A stretch of 64,000 bases of DNA from Mobula hypostoma (GCF_963921235.1 NC_086097.1:141734001-141798000); one strand, 5' to 3'; positions 1-13,177 are shown, counted from the first letter of the stretch. Numbers and translations are program-made. Notes: generated by a model from the sequence alone, not told the origin.

Positions 1-1009
1 AGTTTCCAAACAGAAAAGACATCACAGGGTATTGGAGAATGGAAAATAGTTATTCAATGGAGGATCAGCCTAATTGTATTAAATGGTGGAACAGGCTTGA
101 AATTTTATAAGGTCGGCTGTACTCTTATTTTTCCATTTTTCTATGATTTGTTTCGCCACTATTGAAATTTGTGAATTTGAATCACGTTCTGGGTTTGAGT
201 AATCTTCCAGGTAAGTTTTCCAATGTAGCACATGGAGAAAGATGCTTTCTGCAACATGTGTAAAAGTTAAATTGCACTTCTTCAGATGGTTGCAGAAAAT
301 TGCAAGGTGCTTTGTAGAAAAGCTCAAGGCTTCTCCCAGCTTCCTCAGACTTCCTAAGATTTGTCCCTTAATGAACATCTCAAAATTTGTAGTTGATGTA
401 ATTTTTTTAAAGCCATGTTTCCTCACGTTTTAACATTTTTCCTCCCATATTAAAAAGGTAATTAGTTTGGATTTGAAAAGTCCTTGAGTTACGCCAAGTA
501 CTGTTTTAAAAGCATTGTGAAGTTCCTGGATATACTCAGCAAGGTAACAACCTGAGTGGAGATGGCAATTTCTTATTGCTAATAGTGATTGTCAAGAATT
601 ATTAAACTCTTTCTTCATCACTACATAAATGTTAATTTCCTTTTTTAATGTGTTCAGTTTTTATTGGTTTTGCTATTTATCTTCAGAGTCATGTTGAAAA
701 TTGTAAATATATGCAAAAGAAAATTGTAAAAAAAAATTCTTGAACTCTGGTCCATGTTACACACTTCTTTTCAATGAGCAGGTTCATATGTATTTAATAC
801 GGAGTAATCTTTCCGCAGCCCATATTCCAGATGACAGCTTTAATGGAAGTTAAAACCCGAGAGGCAAAAGAAAAACTTAATAAAAAAAAAAAGAAATCAG
901 TGCAAATGTGGCTGAAAAATTATGCAAACTAATTAGGTTGATGTCATTTATAGAGGTATACCAGTGAAAACTAGGACATTATGTTAATTGTGTGCATTCC
1001 ATCTTAGTG

Positions 1010-1110
1010 CTGGAAGCGTGGCAAGAGTTGCAGGCTGCCCCCAGCACATCTTCAAACTGTGATTGTTGATGCAAATGCACATTTCACTGTATGTTTCCAT
1101 GTGCATGTGA
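1010..1110 (+). mobile_element. SINE 3' fragment, same family as 38075-38345
   Basis: ggctgcccccagcaca...atgtgacaaataaatctaatctt matches the reverse complement of the element at 38075. Confidence 0.55.
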
Positions 1111-1959
1111 CAAATAAATCTAATCTTTAAGCATTTTGGACCTAGCAGGAGCACACTTGGAATATTGGGTGTAGTTCTGGTCGCTTTGATGCACAGAATA
1201 GATGCTCAATTTTGTTATTAAAATTAAGAGTTTGCAGGAATGACCAATGAATTTTGTTCCTTTTAAAAAAAAAGAAAGGACAAGGCTTCAAAATTGGGGA
1301 TGGGTCAGAAATTTATTTGAGAGACTAGAGACAGCTGGCTGTAGTGGTGGGCAAGTCTAGACTAATAGGATATAAATATATGTAAGTCATGAATGAGAAC
1401 ATAAGAACAGCAGTATTGAGGAACGTTTTGCATTTTTGGATGCCTAAGAAGGGTATTTGACTAGGAGGAAAAGCAAGAACTGACAATTAGAGTTGAGGTT
1501 CTTGTGCTAGCTTGAGGTTTTTTGTAATTCATAGAATTATTTCAGTAAGATTGGAGGGCAGCAAATATTACCCATTGAATAAAGAGGAAGGAGAGACAAT
1601 GGGTACTGGTGACCTGCTAGTCAATAGTGGAAAATGTGCTAGATTCAGTTGAGAATCATAAGTAATAATAGAACACCTTTAAAAAGGAATAGCGTTGTGT
1701 AGAATCAACATGAACTTGTGAAAGGAAAACATTTGACTAATTTATTGAAATTTTAAGAGCATGTTGCAAGTAAAATGAGGGACAAATGGATCTGGTATAT
1801 TTGGATTTTCAGCCAGGCTGGTTGAAAGAGATTGATTAAAAAGGCAATAATGTACAATAATGAACAGAATCAGGAATAATCCACTGATATAGACTCAAAA
1901 TTAGTTATTGGATAGAAAGGTAATCTTTTTCCTTTTCAAGGTAAGTGGGGTTCTGTCAA

Positions 1960-2705
1960 AGACCCTGATCTAGAGCTACACACACACTGGTTCTTTGCGG
2001 TGATGGGACCTGCTCCTAGGACTCACTGAGTGGCCGTTTTTGAGATATCCCAAGGACATAGCCTAGAAGACAAGTGCGCCTTCAGGTTTCCGAGGCTTTG
2101 CGACCATGGGGAATGAGAGGGTTCTATGGTGGTGCTGCTGATTGAAGCGTAACATGAGAAAACTGAACAACAGATCAGCTGTCGAAGGGCTCTGTACTCA
2201 ACAGACTGTGCGCGCGCGTGCTCTCTCTCGCTCGTTTGTTGCTGGTTCTCAAGTTGGAGAACTTGGGGGGAGGAAGCGATGTAGCAGACTTTAACACCAT
2301 AAATCAGCGAGTGGTTTTTTTTTGTCTTTTTAGTCTCCCTCTTGCTGTATGACACCTCTCTTGTCACTTTCACTTTATTAGGGAAAGTGAGAGCCTGTGA
2401 TATGTCGAATTGTCTGATGAATCATTAGTTTTTGTTGTACTGCAGATCATAGTCTTTCTTGGGGCCTTGTTATCGTTTACCTGGTGAGTGGAGGGTGCTG
2501 ATACTTTTTTTGCTGAAATCAGGGGGAGGAGGGTCATTGTTTTGCTGCTTGTGCACGGAAAGGGGAGTAGGAGCCTTTAGTGTTCTAACATTTTTGCTGT
2601 CACTCATTTTTTTTGGGGCTTATTTCTGTTTTTGTGGATGTCTGTGAAGAACAAGAATTTCAGGTTGTATATTGTATACATTCTCTGATATTAAATGGAA
2701 CTATT
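1960..2705 (+). mobile_element. Non-autonomous GC-rich retroelement with a LINE-like 3' tail
   Basis: CpG-containing non-coding body ending ttcaggttgtatattgtatacattctctgatattaaatggaactatt; interrupts a decayed CR1-like sequence. Confidence 0.5.
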
Positions 2706-3289
2706 AAAATAGATAATCTTAATGTTGGCAGGCCTAAACTATTGGGGAACTGCAAGGATTCTGGGCTGCAGAGGTTCACGTAACTTGTATTTATTTGGCT
2801 TAGAGGTGCAAATACCATATTTCTAAGTTTGCTCATGACATTTAACGAACTGGAGTTATTAGACCTTGTGAATGCAGATGAGCTGAATTACTGAGCAAGA
2901 ATATGGCAGAAGGAATATAATGAGGTAAAAGGGAAGTGACTCACTTCGGTGCTCAAAACAGAAAATTAGTGTTTAAAATGTTGAATGTTTGAGTAGTCTT
3001 GATGTTCTAACATGCCTATGAATCCATGAACACCCATCACTGAAAACCAATTTGCTAGCACAGAAAGTGAATAGGAAGGAAAATGATATGTTGCATTGAA
3101 TGAGAGGATTTGACAGGAGTAAAAATGGCCAACTGCAGTTGTGTAAGGTCTTACTGAGATAGTATCTGGAGAGTTGTTTTGATCTCCTTGCCTCTGGAAA
3201 AGATGCATTTTCTACTTTGGGAACCCAAATGCTTTATGAGATTGGCTTGTTTTCAGTGAAGATCAAGGTTTAGTTGGCAGGGGCTGATT

Positions 3290-6200
3290 TAGAAACATAG
3301 AAAACCTACAGCACAATACAGGCCCTTCGGCCCACAGAGTTGTGCCAAACATGTCCCTACCTTACAAATTACTCGTCTTACCTATAACCCTCTATTTTAC
3401 TAAGCTCCATGTACCTATCTAAAAGTCTCTTAAAAGACCATATCACATCCGCCTCCACCACCGTTGCCAGCAGCTCATTCCACGCACTCGCCATTCTCTG
3501 AGTAAAAAAACTTACCCCTGACAAATCCTCTGTACCCACTCCCCAGCACCTTAAATCTGTGTCCTCTTGCGGCAACCATTTCAGCCCTGGGAAAAAGCCT
3601 CTGACTATCCACATGATCAATGACTCTCATCATCTTATCCACCTCTATCAGGTCACCTGTCATCCTCCATCACTCTGAGGAGAAAAGGCCGAGTTCACTC
3701 AACCTATTCTCATAAGCCATACTCTCCAATCCAGGCAACATCCTTGTAAATCTCCTCTGCGCCCTTTCTATGGCTCCCCCATCCTTGTTGTAGTGAGGTG
3801 ACCAGAACTGAGCACAGTACTCCAAGTGTGGTCTGACCAGGGTCCTATATAGCAGCAACATTACCTCTCAGCTCCTAAATTCAATTCCACGATTGATGAA
3901 GGCCAATACACCATACGCCTTTTTAACCAGAATCAACCTGTGCAGCTGCTTTGAGTGTCCTATGGACTTGGACCCCAAGATCCCTCTGCTCCTCAGCACT
4001 GTTAAGAGTCTTGCCATTAATACTACATTCCGTCGTCATATTTGACCTACCAAAATGAACCACTTCACACTTATCTGGGTTGAACTCCATCTGCCACTTC
4101 TCAGCCCAGTTTTGTATCCTATCAGTGTTCCGCTGTAACTTCTGACAGCCCTCTGCACTATCCACAACACCTCCAACCTTTGTGTCATCAGCAAACTTAC
4201 CGACGCAGCGCGCGCAGCTCTCCTATGAAATGATATCGTATTTGTAAGTAGGATGCCGTGCACAATTCTGATTTGATGGAGACAGACGTGAGAAGCACGG
4301 AGGAACATCTGGAGAAACTTCTGAAATGCCCGGTTTGCTGCTACTGTGCGATTGAGAATCTCCGGAGGGAAGGCCCCAAGATCCTTGGCTTTGTCTGCTG
4401 CTGGCAACCGGGGCTGGGGTCGAAGCACTGGGCAGAGATGGTGCTCGGTGTCGGAGGGCTGGTCGAGGCTCGAAGTTTTTGGACGACTCAGAGTCGGACT
4501 GTGGTCGGGCATAGCAGGGAGAGTTTTCTTCCTTCTGTCTGTGTGAGATGTCGGACTTTCGAGAGACTTTGAAGTTTTTTACCATACCCATGGCCTGTTC
4601 TTCATCAAGTTATGGCATTGCTTGCACTGTTGTAACTATATGTTATAATTGTGTGGTTTTTGTCAGTTTTTCAGTCTTGGTCTGTCCTGTATTTCTGTGA
4701 TATCACACTGGAGGAATATTGTATCATTTCTTAATGCATGCATTACTAAATGACAATAAAAGAGGACTGCGTGTCCTCATAATCTAATCTAATCTAATCC
4801 GTTTCCTCATCCAGGTCATTTATAAAATTCATGAAGAGTAATGGTCCCAGAACAGATCCCTGAGGCACACCACTGGTCACTGTCCTCCATGCAGAATATG
4901 ACCCATCTACAACCACTCTTTGCCTTCTGTGGGCACGCCAGTTCTGGATCCACAAAGCAATGTTCCCTTGAATCCCATGCCTCCTTACTTTCTCAATAAG
5001 CCTTGCATGGGGTACCTTATCAAATGCCTTGCTAAAATCCATATATACTACATCTACTGCTCTTCCTTCATAAATGTGTTTAGTCACATCCTCAAAAAAA
5101 AAAATTCAGTCGGGTTCTTAAGGCATGACCTGCCCTTGACAAAGCCATGCTGACTACTTCTAATCATATTATACCTCTCCAAATGTTCATAAATCCTGCC
5201 TCTCAGAATCTTCTCCAATAACTTACCAACCACTGAGGTAAGACTCCCTAGTCTATAATTTCCTGGGCTATCCCTACTCCCTTTCTTGAATAAAGGAACA
5301 ACATCCGTAACCCTCCAATCCTCCGGAACCTCTCCCGTCCCCATTGATGATGCAAAGATCATCGCCAGAGGCTGAGCAATCTCCTTCCTCGCCTTCCACA
5401 GTAGCCTGGGGTACATCTCATCCGGTCCTGGCGACTGATCCAACTTGATGCTTTCCAAAAGCTCCAGCACATCCTCTTTCTTAATAGCTACATGCTCAAG
5501 CTTTTCAGTCTGCTGCAAGTCATCACTACAATCACTAAGATCCTTTTCCATCGTGAATACTGAAGCGAAGTATTCATTAAGTACCTCTGCTATTTCCTCC
5601 TGTTCCATACGTACTTTCCCACTGTCACACTTGATAGGTCCTATTCTTTCACATCTTATCCTCTTGCTCTTCACATACTTGTAGAATGCCTTGGGGTTTT
5701 CCTTAATCCTGCCCACCAAGGCCTTCTCATGGTTCCTTCTGGCTCTCCTAATTTTCTCCTTAAGCTTCTTCCTGTTAGCCTCATAATCTTCTAGATCTCT
5801 AACATTACCTAGCTCTCTGAACCTTTTTTAAGCTTTTCTTCTTGACTAGATTTATTATAGCCTTTGTACACCACGGTTCCTGTACCCTACCATAACTTCA
5901 CTGTCTCATTGGAACGTACCTATGCGGAACGCCACACAAATATCCCCTGAATATTTGCCACATTTCTTCCGTACTTTTCCCTGAGAACTTCTGTTTCCAA
6001 TTTAAGCCTCCAATTTCCTGCCTGATAGCCTCATAACTCCCCTTACTCCAATTAAACGCTTTTCTAACTTGTCTGTTCCTATCTCTCTCTCCAATGCTAT
6101 TGTAAAGGAGATAGAATTATAATCACTATCTCCAAAATGCTGTCCTACTGAGATATCTGACACCTGATCAGGTTCATTTCCCAAAACCAAATCAAGTACA

Positions 6201-6705
6201 GCCTCTTCTCTTGTAGGCTTATCTACATATTGTGTCAAGAAACCTTCCTGAACACACCTAACTAACTCCACCCCATCTAAACCCCTTGATCTAGGGAGAT
6301 GCCAATTGATATTTGGGAAATTAAAATCTCCCATCACGACAACCCTGTTATTATAACACCTTTCCAGGATCTGTTTCCCTATCTGCTCCTTGATATCCCT
6401 GTTACTATTGGGCGGCCTATAAAAAACACTCAGTAAGGTTATTGACCTCTTCCTGTTCCTAACCTCCACCCATAGAGACTCCGTAGACAATCCCTCCATG
6501 GCGTCCACCTTTTCTGCAGCCGTGACACTGTCTCTGATCAACAGTGCCACACCCCCACCTCTTTTGCCTCCCTCCCTGTCCTTTCTGAAACATCTAAAAC
6601 CCGGCACTTGAAGTAACCATTTCCTGTCCCTGAGCCGTCCAAGTCTCTGTAATGGCCACCACATCATATCTACAAATACTGATCCATGCTCTAAGCTCAT
6701 CTGCA
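3290..6705 (-). mobile_element. CR1 LINE, 5'-truncated in the APE endonuclease domain, frameshifted ORF2
   Basis: [49 protein letters not shown] and HLEYCAQFWSPH motifs; (TTTCTATG)-type tail at ~3290. Confidence 0.95.
4201..4799 (+). mobile_element. Non-autonomous SINE-like element with (AATCT)n tail inserted into the CR1 RT domain
   Basis: Interrupts CR1 between the INDLD and KFADD coding segments. Ends aatgacaataaa...aatctaatctaatctaatc, like the Rex1 tails at 9648 and 41190. Confidence 0.75.
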
Positions 6706-9647
6706 TTTCTGTGGGGTTATAGGTGATCTTATTGAAACATACAGAATAGTATGTAGCTAAGGTAGTTAAACAGGTTGAATAACACACATAAAATGCTGCA
6801 GCATGTCACGCAGCGTGTCACACAGCATCTATAGAAAGGAATATAGTGTTGGTGTTTTGGGCTGGAACCCTACATTAGGACTGAACAGGCTGAATGCTGG
6901 GAGGGTATTTACCTGGGGCAAAAAACTTCAACTAACGGTCTTAAAATAGGCCTTTTTGGACTGAAAGGGGAATAAATTAGTTCATGTAAAGAGTGGTAAA
7001 TATTTGGAATTCCATATCAAAGATGATTATGGAGATTTGCCATTTTTCTTCAAAATGGAGAATGATGGATTTCTGGATACTAAGGAATAATTGCGATGGT
7101 GCTTCAAAACGACACTGAGACAGAAGATCAGTCGTGATCTTGATGAATGGAGGAGCAAGTTTGCAAGCTCAAATGGCTTAATTCTGCAATATCTTCATAT
7201 GGATTCATCCGTCCAGAGTTAGGGTGCGCTTCTTACTTGACAAAGGCAAGAACAATTGTGGGTGAATTGCCAGCCAGTGTATGTGACCACTTTTGATTTT
7301 GCACAAATAACTGACTGGCAGCTGAGAGGGATTGTGGAGATTTTATAAAAATTGGCTGTACTCAGAAATTCATTATCATCCTACTTCTATTGCATTATGA
7401 TATTCGTATTAGGTTTCTAACCAAGGGTCCATTATAGTCCCAGTCCCACTTAGGCTAAGGCTAATTCTAAGGCTCTTTATCATCTCGCTGTATTTAAGAG
7501 TGATTTAATTAAAAAAAAGATTTAAGTGAAATATTTTAAACTATTTGGAAGTTCAATTGATATAAACAGGTTTTTGTTTCTTCAGCATGGATTTCCAGAA
7601 GTGGCTAGATGGAATTTAAGGAGATTCAGCTTAACAATGGGTATTCAGCTTCATGAGCAACTTAATAATTGAACATTTCAAGGTCAGAATCCTGATGACA
7701 GTGTCTCATATTAGATGCAACTATTACCACCTTTGTCTGGTACATCATTTTTTTTCCAAAATGTTTCTTGAGACATCTAATCCATATGATTTTATAATGC
7801 TGTTGCAAAGGGCCTTGCATCATTTTCTTCCTTCAGTCAATCTGACAAGTAGAGGAGTGAAAATAACTCCTAGATTGATTGGCCATTGTGTTCTGTACTG
7901 TTGTCTTAGTTTCTGGATCAACTTATCAGTTGCCTTAGTGGGCTTAGGGAAACTTCAGCAAGGAGAAGTCAAAAATTGTTATGGGGATGAAAAATGGAAT
8001 ACAAAAATATAATTAAATGAACAGAAAAAATCAAATCAGCAAAACTTGTATTTAATAGAAACATTGTCTTTTTAAATGTATTTGTCTTGGATCCTAAGGC
8101 AGAAGATACTTTGTGGATCATGAAAATGGGAGAGAGTTAATGCTTTGTCATAAAGGAAGACGATGTAAAAAATCCTGTAAATGCTGAAGAATTGGTCTAG
8201 AGGGCATGTGGAAAAAATAGGAAATAGCATTGAGAAAATAATTCAAAGTCCTGAGGATTTGAGTATTTGGATCCCATGATTTTTGAGTTGAGTAACTGTT
8301 AAGATAGTGGATACATTAGTTGTCATCTTTGAATACTAATGTAAATTAATAAACATGATGTGGTTCTGAATGGTAACACATGTAATCACAGGATTTAAGA
8401 AAGGAGGGAAGAGAAAACCATGAATGAAAGACAGGTGAATTTGATAGCAGCAGTAGGGAAAATTCTAAAATTTATTAAGGACTTCGAAGTCGTAGTAGAT
8501 CATGTGAAAATAATCATTAAATGGGCAAACAAAATAGATTTATTAAAAATACCAGACGATTTGTTTGGAGGTTATAACTACAATAATTGATCAAGATAAA
8601 CCAGTTGCTCCAGTATCTTTGAACATTGTTGACAGAATGCCACAAGAGATTGTTAAATTGAAGGAAAGCAGATTGGAATGGAGATAAAACACTGGTTTGG
8701 ACTGAAGATTGGTTAGAAAACAGTATGAGCAATTAAATCATTTCTGTGTTATTAGAATGCTTTTACTAGTGGGATGTTCCAGGTATATTCACCATATTTA
8801 TGAAGGACTTGGATGAGGGAGTCAAATACCATAGATCCAAGAACGCAGCTGATACATAGATTGGTACTGTGGGTTGTGAGAAGGATACGGAGAGAAACAA
8901 GTACATTAAATAGGTGAAGATCTGGCACGTATTTCTACTCAATAAGAGAATTCTCCTCCATGATCCTGACCACAGTCTATTTACTACCAAATGCTGAGGT
9001 TAACCAGGCATTCAAGATACTGAATGCTGCCATCACCAAACAAGAAACTGCCCACCCCAATGCATTTCAAATAATAGGGACTTCAATCAGGCTTATTTGA
9101 AGAAATCTCTGCCCAATTATCATCAGCATCTAACCTGTAGTACAAGTGATCCAAACACACTTGGCCACTGCTATACTACGATTAGCAATGCCTACTCTTC
9201 CATGCCTAGACTGCATTCTGGGTCACTTGGCTGACCTCCATCTGCCTGCATGCAGGCAGAGGCTAAAGAGCAAGGCATTAAGATAAGGACAACAAAGAGG
9301 TGGCTGTGGAGGCAACGTTGTAGCTACAGGATTGCTTCGAGTCAGTGGACTACACTGTGTTCAAAGGATTCATCTGAAGGTATATCTGAATGAATACACC
9401 ACGATTGTCACGGCTTTTATTAAAACAGTCGTGGGCGAGTGTGTCCTTGTGTGTTAAGTATTTCAGTAATATTTTATATATACATTGATTAAGCATTCTT
9501 GTTTAAGTAATTCATTATGGGTTATATATACCTATATACACAAATTGTATATGTCATTACGCTACCATGTGATACATGTGCACCTCACTTAAAGTTTTAA
9601 AATAAAGTACTCCATTTTCCTCCTGACTTACTTTCCTTCGAATTACG

Positions 9648-10915
9648 TAGATTAGATTAGATTCAACTTTATTGTCATTGTGCCGAGTACAGATACAAAG
9701 CCAATGAAATGTATTTAACATCTGACTAGAAATGCAAAGAATAGTGTTATTTACAAAATAACTGCGAATAAAAGAAAGTGCTACAGCACCCAAATATAAA
9801 AGTACTGAGACAGTACAATACGTATGCAATACTGCTTAGCGCTGTGATGAGAGGTTCAGCAGTGTCACAGCTTCAGGGAAGAAGCTCTTCCTGTTACTGG
9901 ATAGGAGGAGAGTTTAAAAAGTCTATGGTTAGGGTGAGATGCATCACTGATAATGCTTTTCGCCCTGCTCAGGCAGCGTTTATGGTAGATCTTCTCAATG
10001 GTGGGGAATTGGGTGCCGATAATCCCCTGGGCAGTTTTCACCACACGCTGGAGTGCTTTGCGGCCCGATACGAGACAATTGCCCTGCCACACTGAGATGC
10101 AGTTGGTGAGTATGCTCTTAACGGTACAGCGGTAAAAGTCCGTCGGTATCCTGGGACAGAGGTGAGCTTTCTTCATGCTCTGCAGGAAATAAAGGCGCTG
10201 TTGTGCCTTTTTGATCAGGACGGAGGAGTTCAGGGACCAGGCGAGATCCTTGGAAATGTGGACACCAAGGAATTTGAAGCTTGATACATGCTCCACTACA
10301 GTTCTGTTGATGTAGATGGGAACGTGAGTGTGACTCCTGGCATGCCTGAAGTCCACAATGATCTCCTTGGTCTTCTGGGTGTTAAGGGCCAGGTTGTTAT
10401 CGGCACACCACGCAGCCACGGTGCTGGACCTCGTCCCTGTAGACCGTCTCGTCATCCCCTCTGATCAGACCAACCACCATGGTGTCGTCTGCAAACTTGA
10501 TTATGGAGTTAGAACCATGTACAGGAATGCAGTCATAGGTGAAAAGGGAGTACAGAAGAGGGCTCAGCACACAGCCTCGAGGCATGCTGGTGTTCAGGGT
10601 GAGAGTGGAGGAGGAGAGGTTGTCTAACTTAACAGATTGGGGTCTGTTAGTCAGAAAGTCCAAGGTCCAATTGCAGAGGGATACGCTGATACCAAGCTGG
10701 CGAAGTTTGGCGATCAGCTTGGAGGGGATCATGGTATTGAATGCCGAACTAAAGTCAGTGAACAGCATTCTGACGTAAGAGTTGGGGCTGTCCAGGTGGG
10801 TCAGGGCAGAGTGAAGTGCCGTGGAGATGGTGTCCTCTGTTGACCTGTTGGTGCGATAGGCAAATTGATGGGGGTCCAGGGTAGAGGGCAGACAGGATTT
10901 CAGATGTGATAGAAT
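9648..10915 (-). mobile_element. 5'-truncated Rex1/Babar LINE (RT and 3' end) inserted in the Gypsy LTR
   Basis: [32 protein letters not shown] and KKAQQRLYFL motifs; (AATCT)n tail on the minus strand at 9648-9663. Confidence 0.88.
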
Positions 10916-12392
10916 TAGTTGAATGTTTTGAAGATAGAAAACATAATAGTGGTGATGAAGTATTTTTTAAACCAATCTGATACTGCTACCTACCTGTTGA
11001 AGCGCAACAAGACATTCGAGTAAAAAAAAGCATAGCGAGGAGCAGTTAGTAGAAAAATAGCACAGCATATGCAGAGACAATCAAGTTTTTAAAAAAAAAT
11101 GGCAGAAAACGGAAGAATTCAGGGTTCATAAACAGTAAGTACAAGGTGATAATCGGTGAAATGGCTGGCTGTATTGGAAAAATAGATGCATTCGATTGCT
11201 CAACGGGCAACTGGCTTGTGTACTAAGCTAATTGAACAGTATTTTGAAGCAAATAAAACAGTCAATGAGAAATGAGTACCAATTTTGCACTGGGTTTAAA
11301 GACCATCGGTTTGCTTCGAAGTTTGACTGCTGCAACCAAAGCAGCACAAATTAGTTTTGTTGATGGTGTGCAAGAACATCTAGAAATGAAACCATTGTTG
11401 ATTGCAGAACGCTTTGTTTCACAAGAGGAATCAAAAGGAGGAGTCTGTTTAAGTGTATGTGGTTGAATTGAAGGGATTATCTAAGCATTGTCAGTTCAAT
11501 GATGCACTGAGAGATCATTAGTGTGTGGAATCTTCCAAGAAAAGCATTCAAAAATGGCTTGCAATGGAAGCACAACTAACATTTAAAATACTGTTTGAAA
11601 TTGCTGTATCAATAGAAACAGCAGATAGACACAATTGAGTTGCAGTCAGGATTGAAAGTGAGAATGAACAAAATTGCAACATCTAAACAGAGCCAGCCTG
11701 GTTGAACAAATGGTGTTACTGTTGTGGCAGGGGCTCACATATACCTAACCAATGCTGATTTAAAGGCAAAACTTGCAGAAAATGCAACAAAGTATGATGC
11801 AGAAGAGCATGTTGAGCAGACAAAATAAATGGACTGCACAGTGAAGAGTAAAGGATAAAAAGCCAAGTTGCATTTTCAAATCTACATGCTGTTGATGAAA
11901 AATCTGAGTGTGACACAGGACTGCATAGCTTTGAAATTTACAATGTGAAAATTAGCAATAGGCAAGGCAGAAGGCTTATAGCAGAATTGAGTAGCAAGTT
12001 AATTAAAATGGAATTGGTCTCTGGTTCGGCTGTTTCTGTCATTCCACAAAATGAGTTTGAACGGCATTTCAAAAGTACTGAATTGAAGCCTGTAGATATG
12101 CAACTAAGGACTTGTACTGGAGAAAAGATAATTCTTGTGGGAATGTCATTTGTAAGTGAAATACAACAATCAGCAGGCCACTTTGAGCTGGTATATGGTA
12201 GAAACAGGAGGACCAGCATTGTGAGGTTGTGATTGGCTGAGACAGTTTACAACTTGATTGGAGATTCATCCACCATTTGCATGCCACATCCCCTGCAATT
12301 AACTCAACTGAGAGTGAATTAAGAAAGGTACTGGATGATGCCACAACTCCATGTTGTACACCATGAACCGTTTCCTAATTGTGGACAAATAG

Positions 12393-12719
12393 GTGTTGGT
12401 GCCAATCTCTGTGCCTCTGGTTGGAAAGCATATTGGACCAAGTGAGGACCATGCTGCTCAGAGGAATCATTTAAGTGACAAAAACAGTGGTCCAACTAAA
12501 GTTTTTGTAGGCAACATATCTGAGAAAGCTTCTGATATGTTAATCAGACAAGTTACTTGCAAAATGTGGCTTGGTTTTAGGCTGGAAGAGAGTTCAAGGA
12601 GCTTCAGGAAAGTTCCAAATGAGCATAAAGAATCAGAATCTGTTTTGCATGCATTAAGGTTATTGCATGAACATCAAGTGCGAGACAAAAAGCTACTTAT
12701 AAAAATAGATGGAAAGACT
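12393..12719 (+). pseudogene. RBM25: Processed fragment of RBM25 (pre-RRM and RRM region), frameshifted
   Basis: Translates to VLVPISVPLVGKHIG...GPTKVFVGNISEKASDMLIRQ, then after a frameshift LLAKCGLVLGWKRVQGASGKFQ, then after a deletion EHKESESVLHALRLLHEHQVRDKKLLIKIDGKT. This matches recalled RBM25 (VFVGNISEKASDMLIRQLLAKCGLVLSWKRVQGASGKLQAFGFCEYKEPESTLRALRLLH...KKLLVKVDAKT). No intervening introns are visible. Confidence 0.9.
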
Positions 12720-12802
12720 TCTTGACTCTTGTTTTCCTTTGAATTAGTTTAGTGTTTTGAAGTCTCAAAATCATTTTGTCTTCCCCAACGAGAAGCCTTG
12801 GA

Positions 12803-13000
12803 CAGTGTTCACTCTTTTTTACTGCTGCACACATCAACCATTGCTCTGAGCAGGACATTTTTACACAGCCTGAACGCTATGCGGCATTTTAAATGTTTAA
12901 ACCTTAAGAAAATTTCAACTGCATGGTAACAAAGGCTATGTGCATGGAGCACTTGAGTTGCTGCATGGCCATACACCCACATAGCTTAAAGGGAATAGAG
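12803..13000. mobile_element. hAT-type MITE
   Basis: Degenerate termini cagtgttcactct ... aaagggaatagag; 8-bp TSD-like gccttgga / accctgga (6 of 8 match). Confidence 0.6.
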
Positions 13001-13177
13001 ACCCTGGATGAACCATAAGATCTGTAAGCCAGATCAGTGGCATTCAGGTCTTGCAATCAAGTAAGATACAAAAGGTCCAGATACGATCTCCGGAAGATCA
13101 TACAAATGATCTTACAGGCCTTAACAGAATAGATGGACTGGTATGTTCAGAACTAGGCTGTTTAAACAAGGGTACAC

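Larger units (their letters stand above)
9452..12770 (+). mobile_element. Decayed Gypsy (Mag-like) LTR retrotransposon: 5' LTR split by a Rex1 insert, PBS, gag, protease, RBM25 fragment, 3' LTR end
   Basis: LTR at ~9452-9646 plus ~10912-10948. PBS-like TGGTGATGAAG at 10950 (read as CpG-decayed TGGCGACGAG). gag starts at 11161 (MAGCIGKIDAFD...NW). Twin zinc-knuckle remnants CYCCGRGSH...C and CRKCNK at ~11714-11800. Protease motif MELVSGSAVSVIP at ~12008. Sequence 12721-12770 (ttcctttgaattagtttagtgttttgaag) repeats the end of the 5' LTR. Confidence 0.8.
8945..13100 (+). mobile_element. Old Rex1/Babar LINE fragment (endonuclease region) split into 8945-9448, 12766-12802 and 13001-13100
   Basis: Decayed GDFNQ...SLPNYHQH and LQDCFESVD motifs. 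The ...gagtgtgtcc end continues as caaaatcatt..tcttccccaacgagaagccttgga after the Gypsy and as ccctggatgaacc after the MITE. Confidence 0.7.

Noticed and set aside
79..433. Overlapping ORFs at the window start and a CAG|GTAAGT at ~210
   Set aside because: No recognisable homology and no supported exon structure.
12393..12725. Functional RBM25 exon or 110-aa gene
   Set aside because: The apparent ORF results from two compensating frameshifts, RNP1 is deleted, and the fragment lies inside a retrotransposon.
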